64,000 nucleotides of DNA from Candidatus Poribacteria bacterium. Lineage in GTDB: Bacteria; Poribacteria; WGA-4E; WGA-3G. The position numbers were made by a program, and so were the translations under genes. A model generated the notes under the pieces. It ran no database searches and was not told where the DNA came from. It saw only the letters and a list, made by a program, of their open reading frames with translations. Location of the stretch: positions 834,820 through 898,819 of the forward strand of contig CAXXLX010000002.1 of the NCBI GenBank assembly GCA_963665235.2. The letters run 5' to 3'. This document shows, one piece after another, positions 50,958-61,308 of this stretch (the first letter of the stretch is position 1; each line of letters starts with the position of its first letter).

Positions 50958-52841
50958 ATGAGTACATTTTACGTCACTACGCCTATCTATTACGTGAACG
51001 GTGAGCCGCATGCGGGTCATGCTTACACCACTATCGCTGCCGATGTTTTGGCACGGTATCACCGCCACCGCCTCAAAGGGGATGCCGTTCTTTTCCTGAC
51101 GGGGGTTGATGAGCACGGTGCGAACGTACATAAAGCAGCCGAAAACGAAAATCTCGCCCCACAAGAATACTGCGATAAGATGGCACCTATATTTATTGAT
51201 CTGTGGAAACGTTTAAACATCTCGGAACATATTTTTCTGCGTACCACAAGCAGTATGCACAAACGCGGCGTGGCGAAATTTCTTACAGCACTCTATGAAA
51301 CTGGGGATATTTACAAGGGCACTTACGAGGGACATTACTGTCGTCCGTGTGAACGTTTTTTTCCGGAGAAAGAATTAACACCTGAAAAAATCTGTCCGAT
51401 TCATAAATTACCTCTGGAATGGTTGGAGGAAGAAAACTATTTCTTTAGATTCAGCAAATACCAGGACAAGCTCCTTGAACATTTTCAGAAGTACCCGGAT
51501 TTTATCTACCCGGAAAGCAGACGCAACGAGCTACTCAAGGTGTTGGAATCTGGATTGGAAGATCAGAGTATATCCCGTGCCTCTGTCTCCTGGGGCATCC
51601 CGTTACCTTTCGATCCGGAGCAGATCTGCTATGTCTGGATAGAAGCACTGTCGAACTATATAACCGGGCTCGGTTATGATACCGATGCTGAAAGATATCA
51701 GACGTTTTGGCCTGCAAATGTGCACATGATGGCAAAGGATATCACCCGCTTTCATGGACTGCTGTGGCCTGCGATGCTCATGGCTCTTGATTTACCCCTG
51801 CCGAAGCAAATCGTTGCACACGGTTGGTTAACAAAGGATGGGGAGCAGTTGAGCAAGACGCGAAACATCTCTATTGATATGGATGGAGCCATCACAGATT
51901 ATGGGTTAGATGCATTTCGCTACTACCTGCTCCGTGAATTTAGTTTCGGTAACGATGGGGATTATAGACCCACCCGCTTGCACGAACGTTACAACGCCGA
52001 TCTGGCGAACGACCTCGGTAATTTACTCAATCGTGTTCTCGGGTTGGTCAACAAAAACTTCGAGGCAATTCCTGAACCGAAAACGCCGGAGGAAATTGAT
52101 GACGAAATCGCTGAAATGGCACAGGAGACGGTAGGTAAATTAGACGAACACATAAAGGCGTTCGCGTTTGACGCTGCTTTGGAGACTATCTGGGAATTTG
52201 TGCGCCGTATCAACCGTTATGTACAAGAGACACAGGTTTGGACACTTGCAAAGTCAGAAACGAAACCGAGAATGGGCACTATCCTTTACAATAGTCTGGA
52301 GGCGTTGCGTGTTATCTCTGTGCTGATTTCGCCTTTTATTCCGGAAACTGCTGAGAAGATTCAGAAACAGATTGGGTTGACAGAATTTGATAGTGTCACA
52401 GCGTGGGGAAATTTGCCCACAGGGTTGAAAGTCAAAAGAGGCGACCCTATTTTTCCACGGGTTGATGTCAAAGTGCCGCAGCAAAAACAGCCGAAGCAAA
52501 AGAAGGAAGCTAAAACGAGCCCTCTCGTTTCTTATGCCGATTTCCAGAAACTGGACCTGCGGGTCGCATCTATCCTCACGGCTGAACCGATTGAAGGGGC
52601 TGACCGCCTCCTAAAATTACAGGTGGACCTCGGTACAGAACAGCGGCAAGTGGTTGCTGGCATTGCTGAACACTATACCCCAGACGCATTGGTCGGGAAA
52701 CAGGTAATAATTGTGGCAAACTTGGAGCCCGCCACTATTCGCAACGTAGAATCGCACGGCATGATTCTTGCCGCAAGCGGTGAATCTATTGTACTAGCAA
52801 CCCCTGAAGCGGAGGTTCCGTCGGGCACGGAGGTAAAATAA
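50958..52841 (+). CDS. metG: methionine--tRNA ligase with C-terminal tRNA-binding domain
   Basis: TTPIYYVN..HAGH (HIGH), TGVDEHG, Zn knuckle, QLSKT (KMSKS), LANDLGNL, Trbp111-like tail. Confidence 0.96.
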   Translation: MSTFYVTTPIYYVNGEPHAGHAYTTIAADVLARYHRHRLKGDAVLFLTGVDEHGANVHKAAENENLAPQEYCDKMAPIFIDLWKRLNISEHIFLRTTSSMHKRGVAKFLTALYETGDIYKGTYEGHYCRPCERFFPEKELTPEKICPIHKLPLEWLEEENYFFRFSKYQDKLLEHFQKYPDFIYPESRRNELLKVLESGLEDQSISRASVSWGIPLPFDPEQICYVWIEALSNYITGLGYDTDAERYQTFWPANVHMMAKDITRFHGLLWPAMLMALDLPLPKQIVAHGWLTKDGEQLSKTRNISIDMDGAITDYGLDAFRYYLLREFSFGNDGDYRPTRLHERYNADLANDLGNLLNRVLGLVNKNFEAIPEPKTPEEIDDEIAEMAQETVGKLDEHIKAFAFDAALETIWEFVRRINRYVQETQVWTLAKSETKPRMGTILYNSLEALRVISVLISPFIPETAEKIQKQIGLTEFDSVTAWGNLPTGLKVKRGDPIFPRVDVKVPQQKQPKQKKEAKTSPLVSYADFQKLDLRVASILTAEPIEGADRLLKLQVDLGTEQRQVVAGIAEHYTPDALVGKQVIIVANLEPATIRNVESHGMILAASGESIVLATPEAEVPSGTEVK

Positions 52842-52845
52842 ACGG

Positions 52846-55800
52846 ATGCAGAACATAGAGGACATTCTTAAAACCCGCATTCAGAACGATGAGGCACACA
52901 CCTTTATCGTCATTGTTCCGAACGATGCCGCCCGCTTGAAACGGGAGCGTGAATTAATCGCGTACCACCCAAATAGGGCAATTGCCAATTTGCAAGTGTA
53001 CGCGATTGAACGTTTTGTGAGTATGCTCTATAAACAGGTAACCCCGGAGAAACGCAGCATCTCATCGGGACTACAAACCCGTTGGCTGCACCAAATTACC
53101 GATTTTAAAGCTGCTAACGCCGACACCTACCGATATCAAGCACTTCGGCCGATGGAAAATATCGGAACACCTGATAGTACGCTCTCCCTGATTGTAGAAA
53201 CGATTAATCGGCTTAAGGAGCGTAGCACTTCACCCCAGGACTTAGGTGAAAACAATCCGCTCCTTGCTGACCTGACCGACATTTACGCCGATTATCAGAA
53301 AAAACTCAAAGACCAGTGGATAGATGAACAGGGGAAACACGCTTATCTTGCCGACAATTTTGAGGCACAGTTTATGGCGAATGCTTTTCGCCAAACGAAC
53401 CTTGTTGTTGTTGAAGGATTCTCTGTCCTTTCGGAAACCGACATCAAAATTCTGAAACGGACTGCCCGGATACCTACAGTAGAGATGTGGTTTCGCACGG
53501 ATTACCTTGAGGAAAATGAAAACCTCTACGGAAATATTGTTCCCCTCATCTCGGAATTTAAAGACATCCATATTGATACCACCTATGAACGCGACCTCGA
53601 GGAACACCAACATTTCGCAGAAAACCTATTTTGTCCGAACCCTACCCGTATCGCTGACACAACGCATCAGATTAGACTTTTGGAACCTGCCAACCGAGGC
53701 GAAGAGGTGGAACAGATAGCGTATCAAATTCAACAACACGTTTCAAAAGGTGACTGCAAACTCAGCGACATCTGTGTTACCTTTTACAATCCTATGCAAT
53801 ATCAACAACGTATCGCGGAAGTTTTTCCCGCTTACGGAATCCCCCATTCGTTTACAGAAGGCGTACCGCTCACCAAATCAAAGGTTGTCAAAACAATTTT
53901 TGAGGGGTTTTCATCCTCCAAACGTCCACTCCTCCCTAAGGAATTTCTGGGATATGTCACCGATGTCCTCAAAAAAAGCGAGGTTATTTCGCAAATTCTG
54001 AACCCGATGCTGCAAACAAACCGCCATATCGTTGAAGGGGAAGTGAACGCGTATCACCAATTCAATAAGCTCGTTACAGAGCTTTGTGAGGTTTTAGAAG
54101 CGGAGGGAAATGAGGCTCAGCCCTTAAACGATTACGTTGAAGAACTTCGCTTCATAGCAAGGCATACAAAGTATCAAACTAAGGCAGTAGCGGTGGGAGA
54201 GACTATCAAAATTTTGCAGCTAGCTGAACTGAGAAACCTTGAGTTTGATACTGTTTTTTTAGGCGATTTTGTGGAAGGCAGATTCCCTGTGAATTATCGA
54301 CCCGACCCGCTTCTGCCCACAGCCCCTTATCGCACTGAGGAAGCACAACGTTATGACAATCGATTCCTGTTCTATAGGGTCCTCAAATCTTTTCGGAAGT
54401 TGCTCTATCTAACGGTCCCGCAGCATGAGGGTGAATCCACACTTATTGCCTCGCCATTTATAGCGGACTTAGAGAAGATAATCAATATTGAAAGGCTTAA
54501 AATTGAGAACCCCACACAAATCACGGCATCAGGTTTTCTCAGCACTTACGGTAATCATGTATGGTCAACGGACACCCCTGATGACACGGAATTCCCGAGT
54601 GCCCTGGCAGACAGACGTTATCAGATAGAACACGTCGTTCAGGTTGAAAAGAGCCGCGAAAAAACACACGAGGCATTAGCTTACGAGGGGCTGTTGACAA
54701 TTGAGGCCCTTTCTGACGAAAGCCGGGCAGCATTGGAAGAGAGAAAAGATAAAACGTATTCTGTCACCGAATTGGAAACTTACGCCAGGTGTCCGTTTCA
54801 GTACTTCGTTGGCAACGTCTTGAACCTCAAGACTGGAGACGACGAAACGGAGGATGAGTTATCTAGTCTTGAAAGAGGCACGTTGGTGCATGAAGTTGTT
54901 CACACATTCTACACCAACCGCCATGACCGACAAATGCCACCTATCGCGAACTGTAGCGACGTGCTATTTGAGGAAGCAAAACGGCAATTAGATGAAATAA
55001 TACGGGACAAATCTGAAGAAAAACGGACCCGACGTTCCGATATTAATGAACACAATCTCTTTTGGAAAATAGATATCGACAAACTAAACGTTTCACTACA
55101 CAAATGGCTTGAAGCGGAACGCGCTTATGATTTACCTATTGAACCGCGCTACTTCGAAGTCGGCATTGGTAAAACAGATAAAATCAGGGACACTGAACTC
55201 AGTTGCTCTGAACCGATTCCTATTGGCGACGTGCCTATCACAGGCAAAATCGACCGTATTGATATTGGTGACGGTGTCTTTAATGTAATTGACTATAAGA
55301 CCGGCAGCACCACGCCTAAAATCCCGAGCGTGCTTGAGGGACACAGTCTCCAACTCCCAATTTATCTACAAATCGCAAAAAAATTGTTAGATGAAAATGG
55401 CAGGACAGGCTTAGCACCAGCAGCAGGACTCTATCACAAAATCAGGCTGGACCAGTGCGATGTTGAACTCGGTTTGGGCAACGAAGCTCTAAATGGGGAG
55501 GCTTTCAAACGTTACAACGGTGCAGCTTGGACAAAAATGTCAAAAAGTGGGCAATTGTTAGAGGATGAACGTTTTGACGCAATACTTAACCGTGTTAGCG
55601 GCTATGTTCAGCAGTACGTTGATAGTATCTCTAGCGGTAAATTTCAGCTTATCACGCGGGTTGACACTTATGTGGATTCGGAAGACGAGGGGGATGCACC
55701 TCTCACGCCTCGCGATAGGACAACCCCTTGTAATTACTGTAGCTATAAGCGCGTCTGCCGTGTCGGCGCATTTTCCGAGAAGTTCCAATTTGAGGAATAG
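52846..55800 (+). CDS. AddB/RexB-like protein with PD-(D/E)XK nuclease and Fe-S cysteines
   Basis: SVTELETYARCPFQYF, GTLVHEV, GKIDRID, IDYKTG, QLPIY, CNYCSYKRVC. Confidence 0.85.
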   Translation: MQNIEDILKTRIQNDEAHTFIVIVPNDAARLKRERELIAYHPNRAIANLQVYAIERFVSMLYKQVTPEKRSISSGLQTRWLHQITDFKAANADTYRYQALRPMENIGTPDSTLSLIVETINRLKERSTSPQDLGENNPLLADLTDIYADYQKKLKDQWIDEQGKHAYLADNFEAQFMANAFRQTNLVVVEGFSVLSETDIKILKRTARIPTVEMWFRTDYLEENENLYGNIVPLISEFKDIHIDTTYERDLEEHQHFAENLFCPNPTRIADTTHQIRLLEPANRGEEVEQIAYQIQQHVSKGDCKLSDICVTFYNPMQYQQRIAEVFPAYGIPHSFTEGVPLTKSKVVKTIFEGFSSSKRPLLPKEFLGYVTDVLKKSEVISQILNPMLQTNRHIVEGEVNAYHQFNKLVTELCEVLEAEGNEAQPLNDYVEELRFIARHTKYQTKAVAVGETIKILQLAELRNLEFDTVFLGDFVEGRFPVNYRPDPLLPTAPYRTEEAQRYDNRFLFYRVLKSFRKLLYLTVPQHEGESTLIASPFIADLEKIINIERLKIENPTQITASGFLSTYGNHVWSTDTPDDTEFPSALADRRYQIEHVVQVEKSREKTHEALAYEGLLTIEALSDESRAALEERKDKTYSVTELETYARCPFQYFVGNVLNLKTGDDETEDELSSLERGTLVHEVVHTFYTNRHDRQMPPIANCSDVLFEEAKRQLDEIIRDKSEEKRTRRSDINEHNLFWKIDIDKLNVSLHKWLEAERAYDLPIEPRYFEVGIGKTDKIRDTELSCSEPIPIGDVPITGKIDRIDIGDGVFNVIDYKTGSTTPKIPSVLEGHSLQLPIYLQIAKKLLDENGRTGLAPAAGLYHKIRLDQCDVELGLGNEALNGEAFKRYNGAAWTKMSKSGQLLEDERFDAILNRVSGYVQQYVDSISSGKFQLITRVDTYVDSEDEGDAPLTPRDRTTPCNYCSYKRVCRVGAFSEKFQFEE

Positions 55801-55900
55801 ATGACTGTTCGATGCCTCTCGCGGAAAAAACTTGCACATTTTCCATAAATCTGTTATACTATGTTTATTATCATATATTTTTCAGGAGGCTATTTTTAAA

Positions 55901-56506
55901 ATGGCACACACATTACCAGAACTGTCTTATGCACACGATGCTTTGGAACCTTACATTGACACGAAAACGATGGAAATCCATCACGGCAAACACCATCAAG
56001 GCTACGTCAACAACCTGAACGCTGCCTTAGAAGGCCTCGGGGACCTCGCGGATATGGATGTTCACGAACTGCTTGGCAACCTCGACCAGGTGCCGGAAGA
56101 CAAACGTCAGGCTGTTATTAACAACGGTGGCGGGCATGCGAATCATTCGCTCTTCTGGTCAATTATGAGCCCCAATGGCGGCGAACCGAGTGAAGACTTG
56201 GTTAAAGCGATAACCGCTGCGTTCGGCTCCGCTGAAGGTGCTAGAGAAGAATTTGGAAAAGCCGCTGCGACACGTTTCGGCTCCGGCTGGGCATGGCTCG
56301 TCATTGGCGACGATGGATTAGAAATCTATTCCACGGCAAATCAGGACAGTCCTATCATGCAGGGGCATATCCCAATACTCGGTATTGATGTCTGGGAACA
56401 CGCGTACTACTTGCACTATCAGAACCGGCGAGCAGATTACGTTGAAGCATGGACGAATGTTATTAACTGGACCAAAGTCAACGAAATCTATGCGGCACAT
56501 GCCTAA
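55901..56506 (+). CDS. sodA: superoxide dismutase, Mn-type signature
   Basis: [30 protein letters not shown]; GG/Q/D residues typical of MnSOD. Confidence 0.92.
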   Translation: MAHTLPELSYAHDALEPYIDTKTMEIHHGKHHQGYVNNLNAALEGLGDLADMDVHELLGNLDQVPEDKRQAVINNGGGHANHSLFWSIMSPNGGEPSEDLVKAITAAFGSAEGAREEFGKAAATRFGSGWAWLVIGDDGLEIYSTANQDSPIMQGHIPILGIDVWEHAYYLHYQNRRADYVEAWTNVINWTKVNEIYAAHA

Positions 56507-56525
56507 AAACCGATTGGACGTGTTT

Positions 56526-56553
56526 GTAGGGACAGCCTTTAATCTGTCCCTAC
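56526..56553 (+). terminator. hairpin downstream of sodA (terminator or REP-like)
   Basis: GTAGGGACAG-8 nt-CTGTCCCTAC perfect 10-bp stem; no U tract on the sense strand. Confidence 0.45.
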
Positions 56554-56621
56554 CTACCTAACGTTTCGCCTACACACCATTCGGTTTTCCCCATGCTTAT
56601 AAACAATTTGGAGGAATTGAA

Positions 56622-57434
56622 ATGAAAAGATTATTTTGTTTGGTATCGATTATCGCTATAACTTTATCCGGTTACGCCTTCGCGCAAGATGTCGCTGTCG
56701 TTTACGATGCTAGAATGGAAAATGGCGAGGGCTTAGGTATTGCAGGTGGGGCAGCGGGAGCGAAAGGGTTAGCTGACCTCATTGTAGAAAAACTTCAGGA
56801 TAAAAAACTGGAGGCAGAAATCGTCGACGCTGACCAGTTAGTAGATTATATGGATGCAAACCCACAAGGTATCTATGTGCTCACACAAGGGAACACCCCT
56901 GAAACGATATTTCAGAACAAAGGAAAAGCCGATCTGGTTCATTCATGGTTGAGAGAAGGCGGTATCGGCGGTTTCATAGGGGATTACCCTTTCTACTACT
57001 ATTGGGATTTTGGAGCGAATAACCGAGTTACCATAACAGGGGCAGGCCAGCAAACTGTGTTTGGTGCTACCGTTACCAATGCAAACACCGCAGCTGTTAA
57101 ACCCACCGATCTCGGCAAGCAGTACATCCCTTCGCTTAAGAATTGGACATCAAATCGTCCTGTAGGTATAGGAGCATTAGAGCAAAACAATTTTGAGTTT
57201 GAAAGCTATGCAGACAATGGCTCAGACGCTGATCCGATTGCTTACCGAACAGAAGATATGAAGGGGTGGTTCATCAATTTTCATACCTCCTGCTGCGGCA
57301 CGTCAATACCAGGGAACGAGCAGGTCGCAACGGAATATGCCGAACTGATTTCAAACCGGTTTGCTGACGCAAGACCAGTCAACCCTGCCGATAAAGTCAG
57401 CACTGTGTGGGGACGACTAAAATCTCTGCGATAG
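56622..57434 (+). CDS. secreted hypothetical protein with short C-terminal sorting-like motif
   Basis: Signal peptide ending AFA; ends PVNPADKVSTVWGRLKSLR; GGAGG RBS. Confidence 0.8.
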   Translation: MKRLFCLVSIIAITLSGYAFAQDVAVVYDARMENGEGLGIAGGAAGAKGLADLIVEKLQDKKLEAEIVDADQLVDYMDANPQGIYVLTQGNTPETIFQNKGKADLVHSWLREGGIGGFIGDYPFYYYWDFGANNRVTITGAGQQTVFGATVTNANTAAVKPTDLGKQYIPSLKNWTSNRPVGIGALEQNNFEFESYADNGSDADPIAYRTEDMKGWFINFHTSCCGTSIPGNEQVATEYAELISNRFADARPVNPADKVSTVWGRLKSLR

Positions 57435-57531
57435 ACACCATTATTTGGACAGTGTAGTAGGTGCAAGTTAGGAAATTGCACCTATCGGCCCTCGGTAAAC
57501 CGGATGTTCCCGAAAAGATTCACATTTTTTC

Positions 57532-57560
57532 TTGACATCTCGCTTTAAATGTGTTATACT
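57532..57560 (+). promoter_or_regulatory. ilv operon promoter
   Basis: TTGACA-17 bp-TATACT with an extended -10 TG. Confidence 0.75.
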
Positions 57561-57615
57561 TTAAAAAAAGGAAACACAATTTTTAGTAACACGTTGAATT
57601 AAATTTACAAAAAAA

Positions 57616-57893
57616 GCGTTGAAGGGGAGGAGTAAGTCGGCTCGGCTTGTCAGAGAAGGAAATTCGTAGGCTGAGAGGTTTCCTCAAGTGCTACCGACTG
57701 AAGGTCGCCCTGGAGCTGCTAATCCGAAGGCATGGGTTGTTGTGTAGGGTTAGCCGGTGTGATGCCCGTTATCGCATCCCCAAGAGTGCCCTTTCTCAGC
57801 TGAAGAAAATGAGAACGGGAATTGGAGTGGTACCACGGTAAGGTAATCTTATAGAGCCTTCTCGTCTCCAGTTTTGGAACGGGAGGGTTTTTT
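57616..57893 (+). ncRNA. T-box riboswitch (Val, GUC specifier) with terminator
   Basis: AGTA at 57631, AG bulge AGAGA, GCTGAGA loop, AGTCGG/CCGACT stem, GAA-G-GTC-G specifier loop, CCGTTA, T-box AATTGGAGTGGTACCACGG pairing with CGTCTCC, terminator 57856-57893 with U tract. Confidence 0.92.
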
Positions 57894-57913
57894 CATGTCA
57901 TTTTATAAGGAGG

Positions 57914-59596
57914 ATGGCGATGGAATTGTCAGGAGCCCAAATCCTGGTTGAAAGTCTCAAGCGCGAAGGGGCAGAATATATTTTCGGTGTAAACGGTGGC
58001 GCTGCTATGCCGATTTTCGATGCCCTTTACAGTGAGACAGACCTCAAATTAATTCCGATGCGGCACGAGCAAGGGGCATCTCACGCTGCTGATGGATACG
58101 CACGCGCCACAGGTAAAGTCGGCGTTGCCCTTGCAACCTCCGGCCCCGGCGCAACGAATCTTGTCACCGGAATCGCAACGGCCTATATGGACTCAATTCC
58201 GATGATAGCGATTACCGGACAGGTGTTTACACATTTTATTGGCAGTGATGCCTTTCAAGAATGTGATGTCATCGGTGTCACCCGCCCGATTTGTAAGCAC
58301 AGTTATCTCGTCAAAAGTTGCGACGAGGTGGCGGATGTTGTCGCCGAAGCGTTCCATATCGCCCAGACAGGGAAGCCCGGTCCTGTAATCATTGACATCG
58401 CAAAAGATGCACAGAAAAACGAGACATTTTTCCAGTATCCAGAGAACGTTGACATTCGCAGCTACAAACCGCAGGTAGAGGGTGACCCTGCACAAATTGC
58501 AAAAGCAGCTGACCTGATTAAAACGGCGAAACAACCGATTCTTTATGCAGGCGGCGGCGTTGTTCTAGCAAATGCAAGTGAAGAACTTCGAGAGCTGACC
58601 CTCAAAACCGGCATCCCGATTACCGTCACGTTAATGGGCCTCGGCGCGTTCCCCGAAACCCACCCGCTGGCGATGGAGATGCCAGGCATGCACGGCTCCT
58701 GTTGTGCAAACTACGCTTTCACCGATGCGGACCTTGTCATTGCTATCGGTGCCAGATTCGATGACCGCGTTACAGGCGACCTGAAAAAGTTCGCACCGAA
58801 CGCAAAGAAAATTCATATCGATATCGACGCATCCTGTATCGGTAAAAATGTGCCTATTGATGTACCCATCGTTGGGGATGCAAAGAACGTTCTCAGGGAA
58901 CTGAATAAACAGGTCGGCATGGCAGACATTGACCCGTGGCGCGCACAGATTCAGGAGTGGAAACAGAAATATCCGTTTGAATACGAGCAGAAAGGCACTC
59001 GTGTGATGCCGCAATATGTCATTGAACAGATTTATGAACATTACAGCGACGCTATTGTTGTCGCTGATGTCGGACAACATCAGATGTGGGCAGCGCAGTA
59101 CTTCAAATTCACGGAGCCTCGGCAATGGCTTAACTCCGGGGGACTCGGCACGATGGGTTTCAGTCTTCCCGCAGCAATCGGTGCACAGCTCGGATGCCCA
59201 GACGAAACGGTTGTCAATATTAACGGCGATGGCTCTTACATCATGACCATTCAGGAGCTCGTTCCCGCAATTACGTTGAAACTACCGCTTAAGATATTCA
59301 TCATCAACAACATGTATCTCGGGATGGTGCGGCAGTGGCAGGAACTCTTCCACGGCAAACGTTATTCCGCTGTGGATTATCACGACAATCCCGATTTTGC
59401 CTTGCTCGCGCAAGCATTCGGTGCAACCGGGCTACGCGTTGAACACCCCGAAGATGTAAGACCTGCGTTGCTGAAGGCAAAAGGGATTAATGATGGCCCC
59501 GTCGTCATTGACTTTATCGTTGATGAAGAGGAAAACGTGTTCCCGATGGTGCCAGCAGGCGAAGGCCTCGGAGATGTTATCCGCGGATTATCCTAA
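57914..59596 (+). CDS. ilvB: acetolactate synthase large subunit
   Basis: RHEQGASHAADGYAR, TSGPGATN, GARFDDRVTG, DVGQHQMW, SGGLGTMGF, GMVRQWQ. Confidence 0.96.
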   Translation: MAMELSGAQILVESLKREGAEYIFGVNGGAAMPIFDALYSETDLKLIPMRHEQGASHAADGYARATGKVGVALATSGPGATNLVTGIATAYMDSIPMIAITGQVFTHFIGSDAFQECDVIGVTRPICKHSYLVKSCDEVADVVAEAFHIAQTGKPGPVIIDIAKDAQKNETFFQYPENVDIRSYKPQVEGDPAQIAKAADLIKTAKQPILYAGGGVVLANASEELRELTLKTGIPITVTLMGLGAFPETHPLAMEMPGMHGSCCANYAFTDADLVIAIGARFDDRVTGDLKKFAPNAKKIHIDIDASCIGKNVPIDVPIVGDAKNVLRELNKQVGMADIDPWRAQIQEWKQKYPFEYEQKGTRVMPQYVIEQIYEHYSDAIVVADVGQHQMWAAQYFKFTEPRQWLNSGGLGTMGFSLPAAIGAQLGCPDETVVNINGDGSYIMTIQELVPAITLKLPLKIFIINNMYLGMVRQWQELFHGKRYSAVDYHDNPDFALLAQAFGATGLRVEHPEDVRPALLKAKGINDGPVVIDFIVDEEENVFPMVPAGEGLGDVIRGLS

Positions 59597-59686
59597 ATTG
59601 GCAATTAGCAATTAATCTCAGACTCCCAACCCTACCAATAACCAACAACCGTTATCAATGCTAGGGGATAAAAAGTTTTTAACATT

Positions 59687-60187
59687 ATGGATAATAAAGA
59701 AGAACGACATATTTTTTCTGTCATAGTCGAAAACCGATTCGGTGTCCTTGCACGGGTTGCGGGACTTTTCAGCGGACGCGGTTTTAATATCGACAGCCTT
59801 AACGTCGCTGCAACGCATGACGAGAGCATCTCACAGATAACCCTTGTGACACACGGGGACGCGCAAATCATCGAACAGATCTATCAGCACCTGAATAGGC
59901 TGATAGATGTTATAGAGGTTACCAACCTATCCGCCGGAACGCATGTTGAACGGGAACTCCTCTTAATCAAGATTGGCACTGATGAGCCTCGGAAACGCGC
60001 TGAAATCTTACAGGTCGCTGAAGTCTTCCGCGCCCGCGTTATTGATACGAAACCCGCCTCCCTTGTGCTTGAAATTACCGGGGATGAAGGAAAATTGGAA
60101 GCCGCAATTGAAATTTTCAACACGTACGGTATTCTTGAGTTAGCGCGTACCGGCAAAATCGCGATGCCGCGAGGAGCTACAAAATAG
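59687..60187 (+). CDS. ilvN: acetolactate synthase small subunit
   Basis: VENRFGVLARVAGLFSGRGFNIDSL ACT domain, ELARTG. Confidence 0.96.
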   Translation: MDNKEERHIFSVIVENRFGVLARVAGLFSGRGFNIDSLNVAATHDESISQITLVTHGDAQIIEQIYQHLNRLIDVIEVTNLSAGTHVERELLLIKIGTDEPRKRAEILQVAEVFRARVIDTKPASLVLEITGDEGKLEAAIEIFNTYGILELARTGKIAMPRGATK

Positions 60188-60268
60188 TCTCACCTGATTT
60201 CATGAGCCGGTACACACCTTTAGTGGATTATAGGGAGCCTTCAAAATATTAAAAGAGGTATAGAATTT

Positions 60269-61261
60269 ATGGCAACAATTTATTACGATAGCGATGCCAA
60301 TTTCGCTTTACTGAAACAACGTACCGTCGCCATCATCGGTTATGGTGCACAAGGCAGGGCACAAGCCCTAAACCTCAAGGACAGCGGCGCGAACGTCGTT
60401 ATTGGATTATACGAAGGCAGCCCCTCAAAAGCCCGCGCAGAGGCTGAAGGGTTAACCGTCAAAACGGTTGAAGAAGCTGCAGCGATGGCAGACATCGTGC
60501 AGATTCTCATTCCTGACGAACGTCACTCCGCTGTTTACCGGGACCAGATTGCACCAAACATGCAAGAGGGAAACATGCTCATGGTCTCGCATGGGTTCAG
60601 TGTCCACTTCGGCCAGATTATCCCCGCCGCGGACATTGACGTGACGATGATTGCACCGAAGGGGCCGGGCTCACTCGTCCGCGAAGTTTTTGAAGGCGGG
60701 GGGGGTGTCCCGTGTCTCATCGCCATCCATCAAGACACGACAGGCGCAGCTCGAGATATTGCCCTTGCTTACGCCAGAGGCATCGGTGGCACCCGCGCTG
60801 GAGTCATTGAGACCACATTTCGCGAGGAAACCGAGACCGACCTCTTCGGGGAACAAGCCGTGCTGTGTGGCGGAACTGCTGCACTTATCAAAGCCGCCTT
60901 CGATACGCTTGTTGAGGCGGGATATCAACCCGAAATGGCTTACTTTGAATGCCTACATGAGTTGAAACTAATTGTGGATCTCATTTATGCTGGTGGACTG
61001 AGCAAAATGCGGAACGATGTTAGCAACACCGCTGAATACGGTGACCTCACACGCGGCCCACAGCTTATTGACGATAGTGTCCGAGAAAAGATGCGTCAAA
61101 TCTTGAAGGATGTGCAGGGTGGCATCTTTGCACGAGAATGGGTGCTGGAAAACGAAGCGAATCAACCTGTCCTCCGCGCACTCCGAAGACAGGAAGCGGA
61201 ATTGCAGATTGAAGAGGTCGGCAAAAATCTACGCAGTATGATGAGCTGGCTTGACGAATAG
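60269..61261 (+). CDS. ilvC: ketol-acid reductoisomerase
   Basis: [44 protein letters not shown]. Confidence 0.97.
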   Translation: MATIYYDSDANFALLKQRTVAIIGYGAQGRAQALNLKDSGANVVIGLYEGSPSKARAEAEGLTVKTVEEAAAMADIVQILIPDERHSAVYRDQIAPNMQEGNMLMVSHGFSVHFGQIIPAADIDVTMIAPKGPGSLVREVFEGGGGVPCLIAIHQDTTGAARDIALAYARGIGGTRAGVIETTFREETETDLFGEQAVLCGGTAALIKAAFDTLVEAGYQPEMAYFECLHELKLIVDLIYAGGLSKMRNDVSNTAEYGDLTRGPQLIDDSVREKMRQILKDVQGGIFAREWVLENEANQPVLRALRRQEAELQIEEVGKNLRSMMSWLDE

Positions 61262-61308
61262 CAGTATAAGCGACGTTTCAAACCCCATCTACAACACATA
61301 ACAAGACC

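Noticed and set aside
57698-57700. Leu (CUG) specifier for the T-box
   Set aside because: Its C and U pair in the AGTCGG/CCGACT stem and its G begins the loop-E GAA; the canonical register gives GUC
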